Positions 1 to 13,339 are shown, numbered from the stretch's first letter. The stretch is DNA of 64,000 nucleotides from Hamiltosporidium tvaerminnensis FI-OER-3-3 (GCA_022605425.2 CM061252.1:905013-969012); one strand, 5' to 3'. Numbers and translations: made by a program. Notes: generated by a model from the sequence alone, not told the origin.

Positions 1-420
1 ATCAAGTACTTTCTCTTCCTTAGCTTTATATTCTTTTAAAGCCAAAGAAGCAATCCATATATAATAGGTGGCATTTTGCTCAATTTTCGGAAAGTACTAA
101 TATGAGGTTATTGAGAAATCAAAAGTTACTTCTGAATACCCTATATGATAAATGTCTCAATCAATATATTGAAGGCTTTTAATAACAATTTCGGAAATTT
201 TAATAAGGCTATATTTAGATCGAATACGACGTATTATGACCAAGATAAGAAATTATATTTATAGGATGGTGATTATAGTTTTTAATAGTTCCAATGTAAT
301 AAATAAACAAAAAAAAGACCTAATACCTTACCAGCAAAAACTTCCAATTATGGTAAATGTTATAAGTTTATTAAGGTTGGTCATTTAAAATGCTATAAGA
401 ATAAATACCATTAAAGCATA
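1..420. repeat. Unit U copy 1 (conserved terminal block only; cut by window edge)
   Basis: Shares anchors ATACCCTATATGAT, ACGTATTATGACCAAGAT and AAAAACTTCCAATTATGGTAAAT with the other copies. Confidence 0.9.
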
Positions 421-2089
421 TGCGTATTTTTAACGATTTAAAAATAAATAAAGAATTTTTTGAAAAATTACTAAAAATAAATAGCATTTCATAATTATTC
501 AAAAAAGTTGTAAAATTTTAAAAAAAAATTATTTTTTGAAGAAAAAAAAGCTAAACTTTTAGAAAATTATATGGGATGTGAAAAAATTGCTAAATTATAG
601 ATTTTTAAAAAACTTGATACCTAAATAAATATAAAATGAATCCATAAAAATAGTACACAATTCCAAAATTAAATGAAAAAATGTAGAAAACATAATAATT
701 TATACATAGGTTTGAAAATATAAATAATACGCTTAAATCTATACAAAACATACAGAAAAAAATAGAACTGGCTTGAAAAAATAGTAACTAATAATAAAAG
801 TTGTAAAATACTAAAGCATAAAAAATTTCAGAGATTCGAAAAAACCATATAATGTTTTTTAAAAACGTTTTTTTTTTAAAATGTATAACAAAGAAAAAAC
901 ATTTCTTTAAAATGTAAAATATACACAAAATAAAAAAATGTAAACATTAGGAACTTTTATAGGATCAAATTTTCAAAAAAAGACAATTTCTAAGTAACTT
1001 TGATTTAAATATTTAAACATCCACAGATAGAATAGAGATATTTTTAAACTCAAATGTGTAATTCATCCAAAACCCTTCAGGGTTGGGGTGATCACTCTAA
1101 GAGATAATACGAATGAAATCAAATTAAAAAAAACTGTAAACTGAAAGCGAAACAAAATTAATAGCTGTTTTGATTCAGATTTATTCTCCGATCAACCTTT
1201 TTACTACACGTTTTTTACCCTAATCTACATTTTACTTCCCCCTAGGTTCCTTTCTTCCACTTTAACCTTAAAAATGTATCTCTATATACCATACCACTAC
1301 TGCAATCTGTCCCATTCAACGCAAATAAATTATTTCAGACCAAGTGTTTTATAAACATTACTCTTAAATACAGAATTTGAATACATAATTTACATTAAAA
1401 GAAAGATTACGAAACATACTAAAAACATCTACATAACTATATAAGTTAGAGTTTTCATTAATTTTTTTGTTTTAGGTTTTAGGATTACATGGAAAGGCAA
1501 GTTTTATTTTCTCCGTGACAACCGATTGCAATTTACACATTAAATTTTTTTTAGTAAAACATTTTTTTTTATTTTATTCTTATTTTTATACAAATTTATT
1601 TGCTGTAACAACTTTAGAATAAATTCTTACCAAACTGTTTTTGATTATTATATCTAAAATAATTGAATTCACCTTATTTTTCAAATTTTTGGAGTTTAGA
1701 ATTATCTAACTTCACCAGAGTTATATTATTACAAAAAGAAATCTGAATATATTATTAGATAAATAATAGTATTCCACAAATCATTTTTAAATCTAAATTT
1801 GTGTCTTTTCATAGTTATAAAATCTAAGAAAAAGTAAATTTTCAAGCAAAATAAATTTAAAAGCAAAATAATTTTAATTTATAAAAATTTTAAGTAGAAA
1901 AGGATTGGTGGCAAACATTACAATCACATTATTACTCGTGAATTATTGACGAAACCAATTTTATAAGGAAAAACAAACATGGTTTCTTACGATAGGGTAG
2001 GAAAAAATAAAATCAACTTTTAGATAAGAGAATTATTTTTCTCAATTAATTTCTATTTTTTTTACCCCAAATTTTATTCAACAAGAATA

Positions 2090-2960
2090 AAAAAATTAGA
2101 GAAAAAGAAAGAAAATTAGCCAAGGAAAAAAAGATTGTAGTTAGCGAAGAAAGATCTGTTCGACGAAAAAAGATTAGGAATTAAGTCAGGAGAATAAATC
2201 TGTTTTTGATGAGTAGATCGGGGCCAGCAAGTAAAAAAAAAATATTTTGGGAAAAAAGACAGTAGTTAGGGAAAAGATTCTGATTCGGAAAAAGATTTAA
2301 GATAGCGAAAAAAAGGGTTATAAAGGAAGAAAATTACGTATGGGAAAGGAGAATTAGTTATAAAAACAGGTTGGGGAATGGTGTTTAGTTAAAGTGAAAA
2401 GGTTTGCTAAAGAAATAAAGTATTGGTTTTTAAAATGTAAAAAAGACCAAGGAAAGTTAAAATCTGTAGAAAAGAATCCGTTTTTAAGAAAAAGAACCGG
2501 CAGAAAGAAAATATCTAGTTGAATCAATGGAGTCGGATAATTAATTGAATATTTGTTTTAAAGATACAAAATTTCAAAAAAGAAAGATATTTGAACAGAA
2601 TAATTAAAAAAACTTGAGAAAAAAATAATTGTCTGAGAGGAAGAGCAAGTTTATGGCAAAAAGAAAATTAGGGCGGAAATAAATTACTTGACGAAAAAAT
2701 ATATTTAAAGATAAAATGATTTGGTCGTGGAAATGATGGAGCTTTTCGAGAATATATTTAAAATATAAAGAAATTTAGGGGAAAAAATATTCTGTTATGT
2801 AGAACAGGCGCAAGGGTAAAAAGAATCGAGGTAGGGCAATAATAATAATGTTGGAGAAAAATGTTTGGATTGGGGGACTAAAAATTAGGGTAGGGAAAAC
2901 TTTTTTGGAATGTATGAAATTAATTAGTTGAGTGAAAAAAATTTTTGCTATTTTTTAAAG
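2090..2960 (+). repeat. Degenerate purine-rich minisatellite (units like AGTTAGGGAAAAGA), internal copy
   Basis: Repeated TTAG(G/C)GAAAA-like units on an A/G-rich strand. Preceded by TATTTTTTTTACCCC...TTCAA, like the distal copy. Confidence 0.6.
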
Positions 2961-3742
2961 CGTGATTGGTTTTTAGAAATATTTGATTCTGCTTATGCTC
3001 CTAAAATATTGTAGAGCAGAGCAAAAGTTTAAAGATTTTGGTTAGGGGAACTATTTTGGTCTAATTACAATTAAATTCTTTCTTTTATTAATATTCAGCT
3101 GCTTTTTAATTTTTTTTAATTTTCATTTGGAAAATTCTTTTTTAAAACGTAAATATTATTGGTGCCAAAGTCCAAGAGTAGTTTTATCAGGAAAAAATTA
3201 AGAATTCTGCTAAATTCAAATTATTACGCGTAGAAAATTATTTAATATTAGGAGTTTACCGTTTTAAAATTTTAGATGAATAAACTCAATACTTGTTTGT
3301 TTATTGTTAAAATTTTTTTTTAATTAAAAATGATTAAAGCTTTGCATTTCGAAGCTCTTTTATTTTTATATTCAAAAGAAATGTCGCTATTTTATTCATA
3401 AGGGTTTTTAATGTAAAAACAATGTCTGGATATTTTACTTACTTGGATAAAAGTACGAAAATCATAAAAAACCTTAAAAAAAGCGATTTCAATAGAGATT
3501 TAGGCATATATTCGTTCTATTTCTACTTATTGTATATTCTTACTAAAAGAGAAACTAAAATTTTCTATGCTCGAGCCAAAAAAAAGCCATTTTAATTTAA
3601 TTTGAAAAGAATTGAAATATTTCATGCAAATCACAATAACTAGCTCAGAAAAGCAAAATTAAGAGTTAATTTATTAGAAAGTGCATAAAGCACTTAATAC
3701 CATTCCAATTTAAAATTTTTGCTTCTACTGACCTGGGTGAGC

Positions 3743-3830
3743 GAAATACTTGAGAAATATAGTAAAGAAAATAATATTTACCTAATCTGTAGCAGTGAAA
3801 TACTTGAGAAAGTTAGTTTAGAAAAACATT
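3743..3830. repeat. Small direct repeat, period 54 bp
   Basis: GAAATACTTGAGAAA occurs at 3743 and 3797. Confidence 0.7.
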
Positions 3831-3899
3831 AAAGAAATATACGTTTCGATTAACTTTTCAATGTCTTTATATAAGTTCTGTAACATAGCTAGCAACAAA

Positions 3900-4900
3900 G
3901 TATGTAATACCTTTAGAAAGATGAAACGAACACATTTATTTATATAGAAATGTAAATATATAAGAATCACACATATGCAAAATATTATAAAAGACCTATC
4001 GTTTTAGATTGTGATTGAATTAAGCACTTAAAATCATACAATCAAAATTGTAGATATTGTAAACAATAAATTACGGTTGTTCGTAAAATGATTTAAGATT
4101 TTTCTGAATAGTATTTTGATATAATTTTATTGTAGTGGGTAAATATTTCCAAACGACTTTTCTAACTAAATAGGCAGTGTTGTCCTAGTATTTGGCTCAT
4201 TGCTTTAAAGTTCTTGTAAATACAATTGATGTTGTTGGTAGGCGTATCTTAGCATTATAGAGTGATTAAAATCATTCATTTCGAATTCTTTGATTTGTAA
4301 ACAAAATCGATTGTTGTTCAGGGCATCTATATTAGAGCAAGTATATAATTATGTAAATACCTTGCATAAGTCTTTCTATAATCCAGCAATTAAGATATAA
4401 ACAGATACAGCAAATATAGCTGCAAATATTAAAGAGAATGGATATCTGTGAACGGTGACATTTGGTATATTTGGCTTCCACTTCAGTACAGTCATAGCTC
4501 TTGTAGTTTAAAGGATGGAGAGCTTTTCCTATAGAGCATCCGATATTTCAAACATATTCTTGAAGCTAATCTGTAGAAGATGCTACAAAATGAAAAACCC
4601 TTGCCTATTTATACTTTATAATTTTTTTACAATCAATGTCACTTAGAATCAAAATTCATTTAATTCGTTCAGTATCTTGATAGATATTCTTCCAAAACAA
4701 TCTATCTAATTACAATATGAGTTAGCTCAAGTCACAATTGTTAATTATACCATCCAATGTTTACCCTTCTAAACCATTTTAATGTATAACAATACTTATT
4801 TAAATAATGTTCTTGGCTTCTTTTAAATCATACTAAGATATTTTTATTAGTATATCCCTACATATATAATTTTCTTCAGATTCTATTTCATATCTGAATT
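3900..4900 (-). pseudogene. Gene relic family P, copy A (unknown function)
   Basis: Minus-strand fragments VEA..., WIIERLMQG and QEL*SNEPNTRTTLP align with VEA..., WLVEGVM*D and Q*LQGNEPDLGTKLP at ~57.3-57.6 kb. Many stops and frameshifts. Confidence 0.65.
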
Positions 4901-5094
4901 TATAACTTGCATAAATTTAAATAAAAAAGAAAGAAATTATAAAAATAGCTGTAAAATGAATTAATTTCAAACAATGTATTATCTAAAAAAAATTTATTGT
5001 TTAATACGTATATAGATATATTTAAAATAATTGCTACATGGAATCTTCTAAATTAGTAATAATAATTTAAAAAAAATTAAAATATTTATTTGTT

Positions 5095-5103
5095 AAGATG
5101 CAT
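5095..5103 (+). repeat. Left target-site duplication AAGATGCAT
   Basis: Identical 9-mer at 8913-8921; both copies sit at the composition boundaries of the element. Confidence 0.85.
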
Positions 5104-8100
5104 GGGTAGAAAGAAAAATGTTAGCAGCGAAATATCGAAAAATACCAAAATAAAGGCTGCAAACGACGCTGATGAGGTGAAAAAGAGTGATAGTGAGATA
5201 CAAAAATGTAAGCTACACCCACCGGCGATTCCCCTACCTTCCTCCTCCTACACAACAATAACACCTCCACCACCAAGCCAAACATGCAGTAAAATGCAAA
5301 ATAGTGGGCTTGACACCTTACCTTCGCCTAATGCACCAGTTCCCTCTTCGGTTGAAGTCTCTGCGTGCGAGCCATCGTACGACATGACAAGCCCCTGTAC
5401 TCTAGCTATTCCGGAAGGTAACAGGCTAATGACATTGCGGACGATATTCGATTCCGTAACAGCCGACCCGAAGGAATGGCCTCGAATTGTTTTTTTTGCA
5501 GTACAGACAAGGTTTGAAAGAATGCCAAGAAATGGCTGGACAGAGCTTCACAGGTACTATAATGAGAAATTCGGCTGCACTGAAACTCTCGAAGTGTTAA
5601 AAAAATTGGCACAAAGTGAGATGGGAAAGGATGTAAAATCAGAAGAGAATGGAGAGCGACGTAGAATCGCCACTTGTCTCGCTGATACATGCACCTTGAC
5701 CGACACCACGGAGTACATAAACCTGAGAGATAAATTCTTGAGTAAAATCAAAGAAATCTCATGAGAAGGAAATTGGAAAAGTGGTGGTCCGAACTAGAAA
5801 ACATCCAAATGAATTGGTTGATAGTAAAGTTCTGGATCTCATTAATCGAGTAGTCGGTGAATATGCAGGAGCTCATGTACCTGAGTCAATTACGGAAGCC
5901 GCGTATATCATGCAAGCTGCGCAGGTATGCTATGACGAGGCAACACGTAAAGAGAAGCCTAGATCCGCTTGGAAGGAAAACATAGAAAGTAAAATTTCTA
6001 AGTTAGTACTTTCCAAAGATCTTCCTCGAGAAGGCTCGTAAGCAGGAAAAGCTCTCCACTTCGGAAACGAAGAGCCTTAAGAAAATCATGCGAGAGTTTA
6101 ATTTAAACTTGAGCAGCGTAACTGATCTTTCTGAGGCTTTAGTTAAGAAGAATGAGTCTTTGAATGTTTACGAGAAAAAAATTACGATGCATGAAAGTAG
6201 GAAGCAATTCCGAAAAGAGAATCGTATGTTTGAGCTTTTCCGAGGTCGATTTTATCGTGGGTTATCTGAGCGTGTGGAATCCGAGCATGTGGTTAGCCGT
6301 GATGAAATTGTGAGTTTTTGGTCTACAATGTGGAACAAAAATGATGACACAGTCACGTACGATGATTATTTGATTCCATTTGTATCAGATAATCATCCGA
6401 CCACGTTTCCTTCACTTGATGAATTTGTGAATATCATTAATTGGCTTCCTAATTGGAAAGCTGCTGGAATTGATGGTATTTACAATTTTTTTATTAAGAA
6501 ACTTACAACTCTTCACAAATATCTTTATGATATTGTGAAAGTTATATGTTTAGAAGGAACACCTCAAGCTGATTGGTTTTACTGCGGGCTTACGTATTTG
6601 ATACCGAAAGGAAGTCCACGAAGAGGCTCTGACTACAGGCCAATCACTTGTATGTCCAACCTCTATAAGTTAACGACAAAGTGTGTAACGAAAGTCGTTC
6701 AACTTGAAGTGGAAAGGCGAGGGTTGCTTGCAGAGAACCAATTAGGGGCGGTAAGAGGTGTGCAGGGAGCGAAAGAGCAGGCTCTACTGAATATTGCCTT
6801 AAATAAAGAGTATGGAAATAATCTTAAGGCAACATGGATTGATGTTAAAAAAGCTTATGATTCAATAGATCATGCTTATTTAACTCAATGCATTGAAAAC
6901 CTTAATTTACCTGATTGGATCCTGAAATTTATTAAGGTAATTATATCAAAATGGAAAATTGATATATCAGTAGGGCCTGAAAAAATCATGAGCAAGAAGA
7001 TTGATAGAGGGATTCTACAAGGAGATAGTCTGTCACCTTTGTTATTTGTGTTGTGTATGGATCCATTAAGCCGAAAGCTTAATGAAAAATACACAAAAGT
7101 GACAGTACAAACAGATGCAGAATCCCATTCTACTAATCATCTCTTGTTTATTGATGATCTTAAGCTCCTTGCAAAAGACAGCTCCACATTGAGTGCTATG
7201 ACAGGCGAGGCAAAGGAATTTTTAGAGGTGATTGGCTTAGAGATTAACAAAGAGAAGTCAGCCACAAATGATACTGTGTTGTGAAGATACTGCTACTCTT
7301 CTAGAAGGTGTTAGTGTTTACAAATATTTAGGAATAATAGAAGATAGCAGAGGAATCCCAACACGTAGCTCATTTGAAGAAGTACAGAGCAAACTTATAT
7401 CAAGAGTTGAAAGACTTTGTCACACTAGATTAAATGCAAAAAATTTATTTTCTGCAATCAATCAACATGCGATATCGTTAATCAACTACCACATAGGAGT
7501 ACTTCGACTTGAACCGGCTGACTTCTCTAAGTTAGATGATGCAGTGCGTGCGGTGTTGGTTAAAAATAAGATACATCTCCGCCCAGGATGTAAAGAGCGG
7601 TTGTATACCTTCCTAGAACAGAACTTGGAAGAGGCCTACATAGTGTTGAGTTGCGAAGCGAACATATGCTTCTGCAACTCTTGGATTGTCTGGAAAAAAG
7701 TAAAGAAATATCAACTAGACGAGCAGCAATCCTCAAGGTGGAGAATAATAATAAAACCCATCTTGCACTAATAAAAGGCTTCTTAAAAGTAAAGTACAGG
7801 TTGGTAGAAGAAGTCACTAAGAAAAGTTTAGAAGAAGCTCAACTTGCAAAACTATATAACGAAATAGAAAAACGAAAACTCCATTCAAAGTTATATAATG
7901 CAAGAAAAAATGAGCTTGTGAGTGTTAGTGACTCTTCAAGGTGGCTTAAAGAGAGGAAATATTAGGCCACGAAATGAAGCTGTGTTCTGCTATATCCAGG
8001 ATAGAAATGTATTCTGGGGAGCAGATGGTGTGTGTCAACATTGCGGGAAGTCTGGTAAGACTGTGGATCATCTAGCTAACTAGATGCGAAAAAATGCTAG

Positions 8101-8872
8101 GCCATGATTACACTAGACGGCATAATGAAGTGGTCAGATGCCTACACCTTCTTCTTCTAAATAGATATAAGTTTAAGTCTTCAAAACGAATAAGGAGCCA
8201 CTCAGTTCAAGAAATTCTTGATAATGAGTATGCAGAGATAAGAGTGGACACCAGAATTAAAACTGATGTTAAAATTCGGAATAACAGACCGGACATATTT
8301 ATTTTAGATAAGAAGAAGAATAAGATAACACTCATTGAAGTAGGAATCACTTCCCAAGATTCACTTCAAATAGTTGAAACTGAAAAACTTAGGAAGTATG
8401 ACCTGCTAGCCAATGAGTTGGGTCTTATTTATAGGTGTAGTGTTGAGATAATCCCCTATGTGATGACCTGGGACGGTATTGTGACAAAATACCATAAATC
8501 TCATCTTAAAAGACTAGAAATACCCATGTAATGTAGAGGCATACATTCAGTCTATAGTACTTAAGAAGACAGTCGAAACTATTTCCTTTGATCGACGAAG
8601 AGGACTTGAGTCAGGACTAAATGCCGAAGAGAGCTGGGAGAGAGCGTCAATGGGTGTTATTATGAGATCAGAGATGCATGAGGAACCAATACCCCCTTTA
8701 AAAGAAGCGAAAACGAGAGGAAGATGGTGTCAAAATTTTAAACCAAAAATAATACAGCCCCCTTATTTTACAAGGAGGAACCACTTTAGAGGAACCGACC
8801 AATAACATAAATGAAGAGTCGGATTTGGAAGAAGAGACAAAAGTGGTCAAAGAGGTAGAAGAAAACATGTAA
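5102..8872 (+). CDS. Retrotransposon polyprotein, ~1250 aa when reassembled across 8 or more frameshifts
   Basis: ORF-track pieces 5090-5764, 5781-6041, 6088-7284, 7268-7771, 7651-7965 and 8094-8531 join into one frame by removing single extra bases near 5760, 6024, 7276, 7951, 8078 and 8529, two bases near 7605, and a net +1 in the tail. RT motifs: NWKAAGIDG, LIPK..DYRPIT, WIDVKKAYDSIDH, GILQGDSLSPLLF, HLLFIDD, GLEINKEKS, YKYLG. Downstream motifs: RLYLPRTELGRGL, CQHC-x8-H-x4-C (8033-8087), RHN, RPDI..IEV, EKLRKY. Acidic tail ends EVEENM-TAA (8870-8872). Confidence 0.9.
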
Positions 8873-8912
8873 AAATGGTAAAAAATATTTTAACCCAGAA
8901 TTTAATTAAATA
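5104..8912 (+). mobile_element. Non-LTR retrotransposon, RLE type (single ORF: RT, CCHC zinc knuckle, PD-(D/E)xK endonuclease); R4/Dong-like architecture
   Basis: GC-richer block sharply bounded by the direct repeat AAGATGCAT (5095-5103 and 8913-8921). Contains the full non-LTR RT motif series followed by CCHC and RLE motifs. No LTRs, no APE domain and no obvious N-terminal C2H2 fingers. The clade assignment is inferred from domain order only. Confidence 0.93.
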
Positions 8913-8914
8913 AA
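8905..8914 (+). promoter_or_regulatory. Candidate polyadenylation signal (overlapping ATTAAA/AATAAA) at the element 3' end
   Basis: ATTAAATAAA immediately before and overlapping the right TSD. Weak evidence because such hexamers are common in this AT-rich DNA. Confidence 0.35.
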
Positions 8915-8921
8915 GATGCAT
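8913..8921 (+). repeat. Right target-site duplication AAGATGCAT
   Basis: Identical to 5095-5103; lies 40 nt after the reconstructed stop codon. Confidence 0.85.
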
Positions 8922-9289
8922 ATCATTTAACTAAAGTTTTATTTTTATCAAAAGTACTAAAACCAGGAAAGCTTTGGATGAGCGAATATACATTCACTAA
9001 AATTCTAATTTTTTATTCTTTATTGTAATATTGTCAGTATGAGAAAAGGCACATTATTTATTCTCTGTTTTCTTTAAAATCAATATAAATAAAATAGTAT
9101 TCAAACAAAAAGAAGCATTTAGACCTATGAGTTTGGAATTTTTTTAACGCAAAAAGTACTAAAAAAATATACATTTAAAAATATTTCTTCAAAACAGCAT
9201 TACCTTTAAATTTTTAGAAAATATAAAATATGTTTAATCTTCTAACACAAACCAAAAAATAATATATTATCTTTTTCTTTATAATATAC

Positions 9290-11250
9290 AACTTTACCTC
9301 GAATTTTTTGAAATAGGCAAATGCGCCTCATAATTGCGTTATTTGCCTTCGCGTTATGAAAATTCCAGTTAATGCTATTGGGAATTTATCTACCAATATA
9401 TTATGAGTGAATTCATTAAATTATTTAGTTAATTTTGACTTCAAACAAGATCAGATGAGTTCTTTGAGAATACCCTTTAAACAATGGTAAAATGTGTAAA
9501 TAACCTTAGATATGCCATTCCATAATTCGAATCAGCTTGGATAGTTTGAGATAATATATTACAGATGCAAATATTCTAGTAAAAATATATCAGCTGGTTG
9601 TGGCATAAGTTCTATTCCTCTAAATTGGTTTAATCTTTATTCATATAAGGAAGAATCAGAAGTTTCAAAATGAAAAAGTACTAATTTACTTGTAAAAGAT
9701 GCCACAACATTTAGAACTGAAGCTCATTTATAGTTTTAGTGATTATGTATACCTAATTGTCTCTATTATTACATTTTAAGCAGACAAACCGTAATTCGAA
9801 ATAATTAGCTATAAATCGACAAACAAGATCATCGAAATTTTATTTGTAGTATTATAAATATTTCCTTCTTTAAATTATAAGACCATTTATTCCTATCTTT
9901 CAAATCAATATCTATTATTTATACTTATCTTTCTAAATTTATATTCACTTATAAATATATTTAGATATTAAAATGATATAATCCTCGCTTATTTCGGACT
10001 AGTATAGATAGCTCATTAATTTTTGAAAATTTAATTGTGGATTATATAGAATTACGAGAAAGTATACTAAAAATTAGTTATATTAATTAGGTTTGAGCCG
10101 AACTAAATTTAATTAAAGTTTAACTTTCTTATAATCATATCAAAATATTATTTACATTATTATATTTTGGCTTTATTTCTTGTTTTAATACGTATACTTA
10201 ATAAAAATAGTTACAATCTAAAAACTAAAGAAAATATATCAAACGAACTATTTTAATAATTATTGTAACAATTGTCTTTCAATTAGGCAAATAACTTAAG
10301 AGTACTTAATTTTACATAAATTGGATGCAAAGATTTATTAGAATTTGGTTTTAATATAGAAGTAGCATGATAAGAAGTTTTTTGATCCCTCCATGACAGT
10401 TTACTGTACTATATATATTATTTAAAAGTCTAATTTAATTTAAAATAATATATAATTCAAAAATATACTTAACATATTTAAATCGAATTAATATATGTAT
10501 AATTATAATGATTTAAGTTATGTAAATCTCACTACATATTTTAAAATGAAATATTTATTTATATAGATATATTTAAAGGAATCAAATATCAGAGTTCATT
10601 ATACTATAAATTGTATTATATATTAGTAAATCAAAGCCATTAAAAATCCAAAGAATAACATATATATTCCAAAAATAGCAATAGTATTACATTTCTCATT
10701 AATTACTCGAAAGTATTATACATGATATTTGAATACTTTTCGTATTTATATCTTTTTTTTTTTAATTAGCTTTATATTCTGTTTAAGAAATTGTAAAAAG
10801 GCATATATAATATGCGCTATAACTGTTTGATTAATTTAAGGAAAGGTAAATAGTAAAGGTTATTTTGAAATCTATAGTTACGTATGAATCTCTTATATGA
10901 TTAATGTTTCCAACAATATACTGCGGGCTTTTCGAAACGAGTTAACCAAATTTAATCCAGCCATATTTAGGCTGAACACAACTTACTATGAGCAAGATTA
11001 TAAAACCTTGTTTTTAAATAGTATGTGAGCGTTTTAATAGTACGAATGTTCCAAACAACCATAAAAAACCAACCAATACCTTACACACAAAAACTTCCAA
11101 TTATGGTAAATTTTATAAGTTTATTAGGGTTAACAACTTAATATAATATCAGAAGAGAAAATACTTACTTATATTTACGAATATAATATATTGATATGAA
11201 ATAATGAATTTGAAGTTAAATGAATATAAAATGAACAAATAACAGAAATT
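9290..11250. repeat. Unit U copy 2 (decayed, gene-like ~2 kb repeat)
   Basis: Colinear anchors with copies 3-6 (ATCTACCAATATATT, CAAGATC, AATCAGCTT, AAATATTCTAGTAA, GGTTTTAATATAGAAGTAG) plus the conserved terminal block at 10840-11150. Stops and frameshifts in every frame examined; coding strand unresolved. Confidence 0.85.
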
Positions 11251-12639
11251 TTATACATTATTTAGCCATAAATATTACTTTGAAACATAAATTAATCATT
11301 GAAATGACCTGAATTATTTTACATGACCCAAACAAGTGATTGATTAAGTAACGACTTGAATTTGTAAATGAATAAGAAAAGAATGAAGTAAAATAAATGT
11401 AACAGAATTAAAAAAATTCATTACGAAAAAAAAACAACCAAAAAACTAAAAAATGTATATACAGCTATAACTAAAATGAGTTTTAGCAAAAAAAATTTGA
11501 TATAAGTAAATTTTTAAATTAAGAAAACACAGCCAAAATGAATAATAAACTAAAAAAATGTACGAAAGAAATATCGGTAACTGTAATCTAACATATAATC
11601 TCTTTTTATGCAAGAAAAATATTATATTTTAACATCTATAAACAAAAGTATTTATTTAAACATAAATAACGAACTATATACCAATTTACATTAAAGTAAC
11701 GACTTTATAAATTTTATATAACATAAATTTACTCAAAACAAGTAAAGGATAAACTAGGACTAGAATTTCAATAGAACGATTGTCGAAAATATTTGAATTT
11801 AATTAAAAGCACATGAAAATAGTTAGAAACAAATATATAATAAAAACAAGTACATTTTTTAACTATGTAAGACACATTACAATTCAAAGACTAATATACA
11901 ATAAAATTATATTTACAAAAATATACATGACTTAATACAAATTATAGAAAAGGTAATTAAATAAGGAGTAAAAAACCCTACTAAAGTATTCTACCCAAAA
12001 AATATGCATTTAGCAAATCTCCATAGTATTCTACAGAATATTAAAGAATTTAAAATCAAAATTTTAACGTTCAAAAAAATTATTGTGAATTAATCAAAGC
12101 AAACACATAAGCAATATTTAGCTTAAAGATTTATATCACATTTTACACGCCTTTAAAATTGGGTTATAAAAAAATAGTATAAAAACAAAATTAATACAAA
12201 TAATATGTAAGAAAAGTATATATTTTAAACATAAAAAGTTAGATTAGATAAAAAAATAGAATGCTAATAGACATAAAATTAGATCTATAAGCTAAAAGAA
12301 TCTATGAGATATTCAAATTAAGAACGACAGTGTAGTTCGATAGGATTTATTTTATTTGCGAAATAATGCTCGATAAATAAATAGTACAATTAGAACTTTC
12401 TTTATTAGAATACATATTTTTTAGTGAAATAACTTAAATTTTGAAAATAAATAGAATAATAATTTAAATGATATAAACCGTAAAATGAAAAATAATATTA
12501 CATAAGTTTAAAGTAACTGAATATCAGCGTTAATGAAAAATATATAATAATTACATAAACCAAAACACATTAAATGAATTAAAACTATACAATATTTTTA
12601 ATAAAGGAGTAAGTGTTGTACTCTTTTCATAAAATTGCT

Positions 12640-13290
12640 TAGTTCTATGTTTGACATCAGTGACTGGACCTAACACTCCATCGTTACCTTTAGAATATCT
12701 AAATCCCAAAGCATTTCATATATAATAGCTTAAGAACCCATTTAATAAGCAATTTAGTTGCTTCGAGTTTGTTAATATCTGTTGCGGAGGTGTGATTGTA
12801 TATAGAACCCGACTCGAATTGTACCTTTGCATACCCTGTAGCATTTTAACTTAATCTACACATGCCGAATAAATTAACTGCTAGCTAAGATATATTTCGG
12901 CGAATTACACGAAAAAACCATAGCGAAGATGCAATGCCATACCAACATAAATAACCCACGCAATCCCTTTTCAGTTTTAGAAAGGTTTATCATTCTATCT
13001 CCAATTCGCAGAGTCTTCTAAAGTAGTGTTTAAGACTAGATTTTTAAATTTACATGGGTATTATCTAAAAGTTCAAGTGCAGTCTACAATTGAGCACAAG
13101 AAAAAAGCAAAAATATATTAATATAAAATTTTCGTGATTTTATGAACTTCTCCTCTTCATACAAACACCCATGTAACAAACGTAGACGTAGTGTGGTTTT
13201 AATCACACCAAAAATCCAAAATATTGTCTTCACACCAGTTTAACCTACTCATTGCTAAGAAGAATGTTTTTTTTGTGACTATCCTCACAC
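12640..13290 (-). pseudogene. Gene relic family X, copy A (unknown function)
   Basis: Fragments HGCLYEEEKF and FGMCRLS*NATGYAKVQFESGSIYNHTSATDINK align with HCCSYEEEKV and FGVDRVSENFA*SRKVKFELCSTYNQNLVTDMGK at ~33.6-34.1 kb. Confidence 0.65.
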
Positions 13291-13339
13291 GCTACTAAAA
13301 ATACAATTTAAATTCATTATTTACGCTACAAATAAAAAC

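Noticed and set aside
5406-7817. Minus-strand ORFs 5406-5690, 5557-5751, 6885-7094 and 7560-7817
   Set aside because: They are shadow ORFs antisense to the retrotransposon gene.
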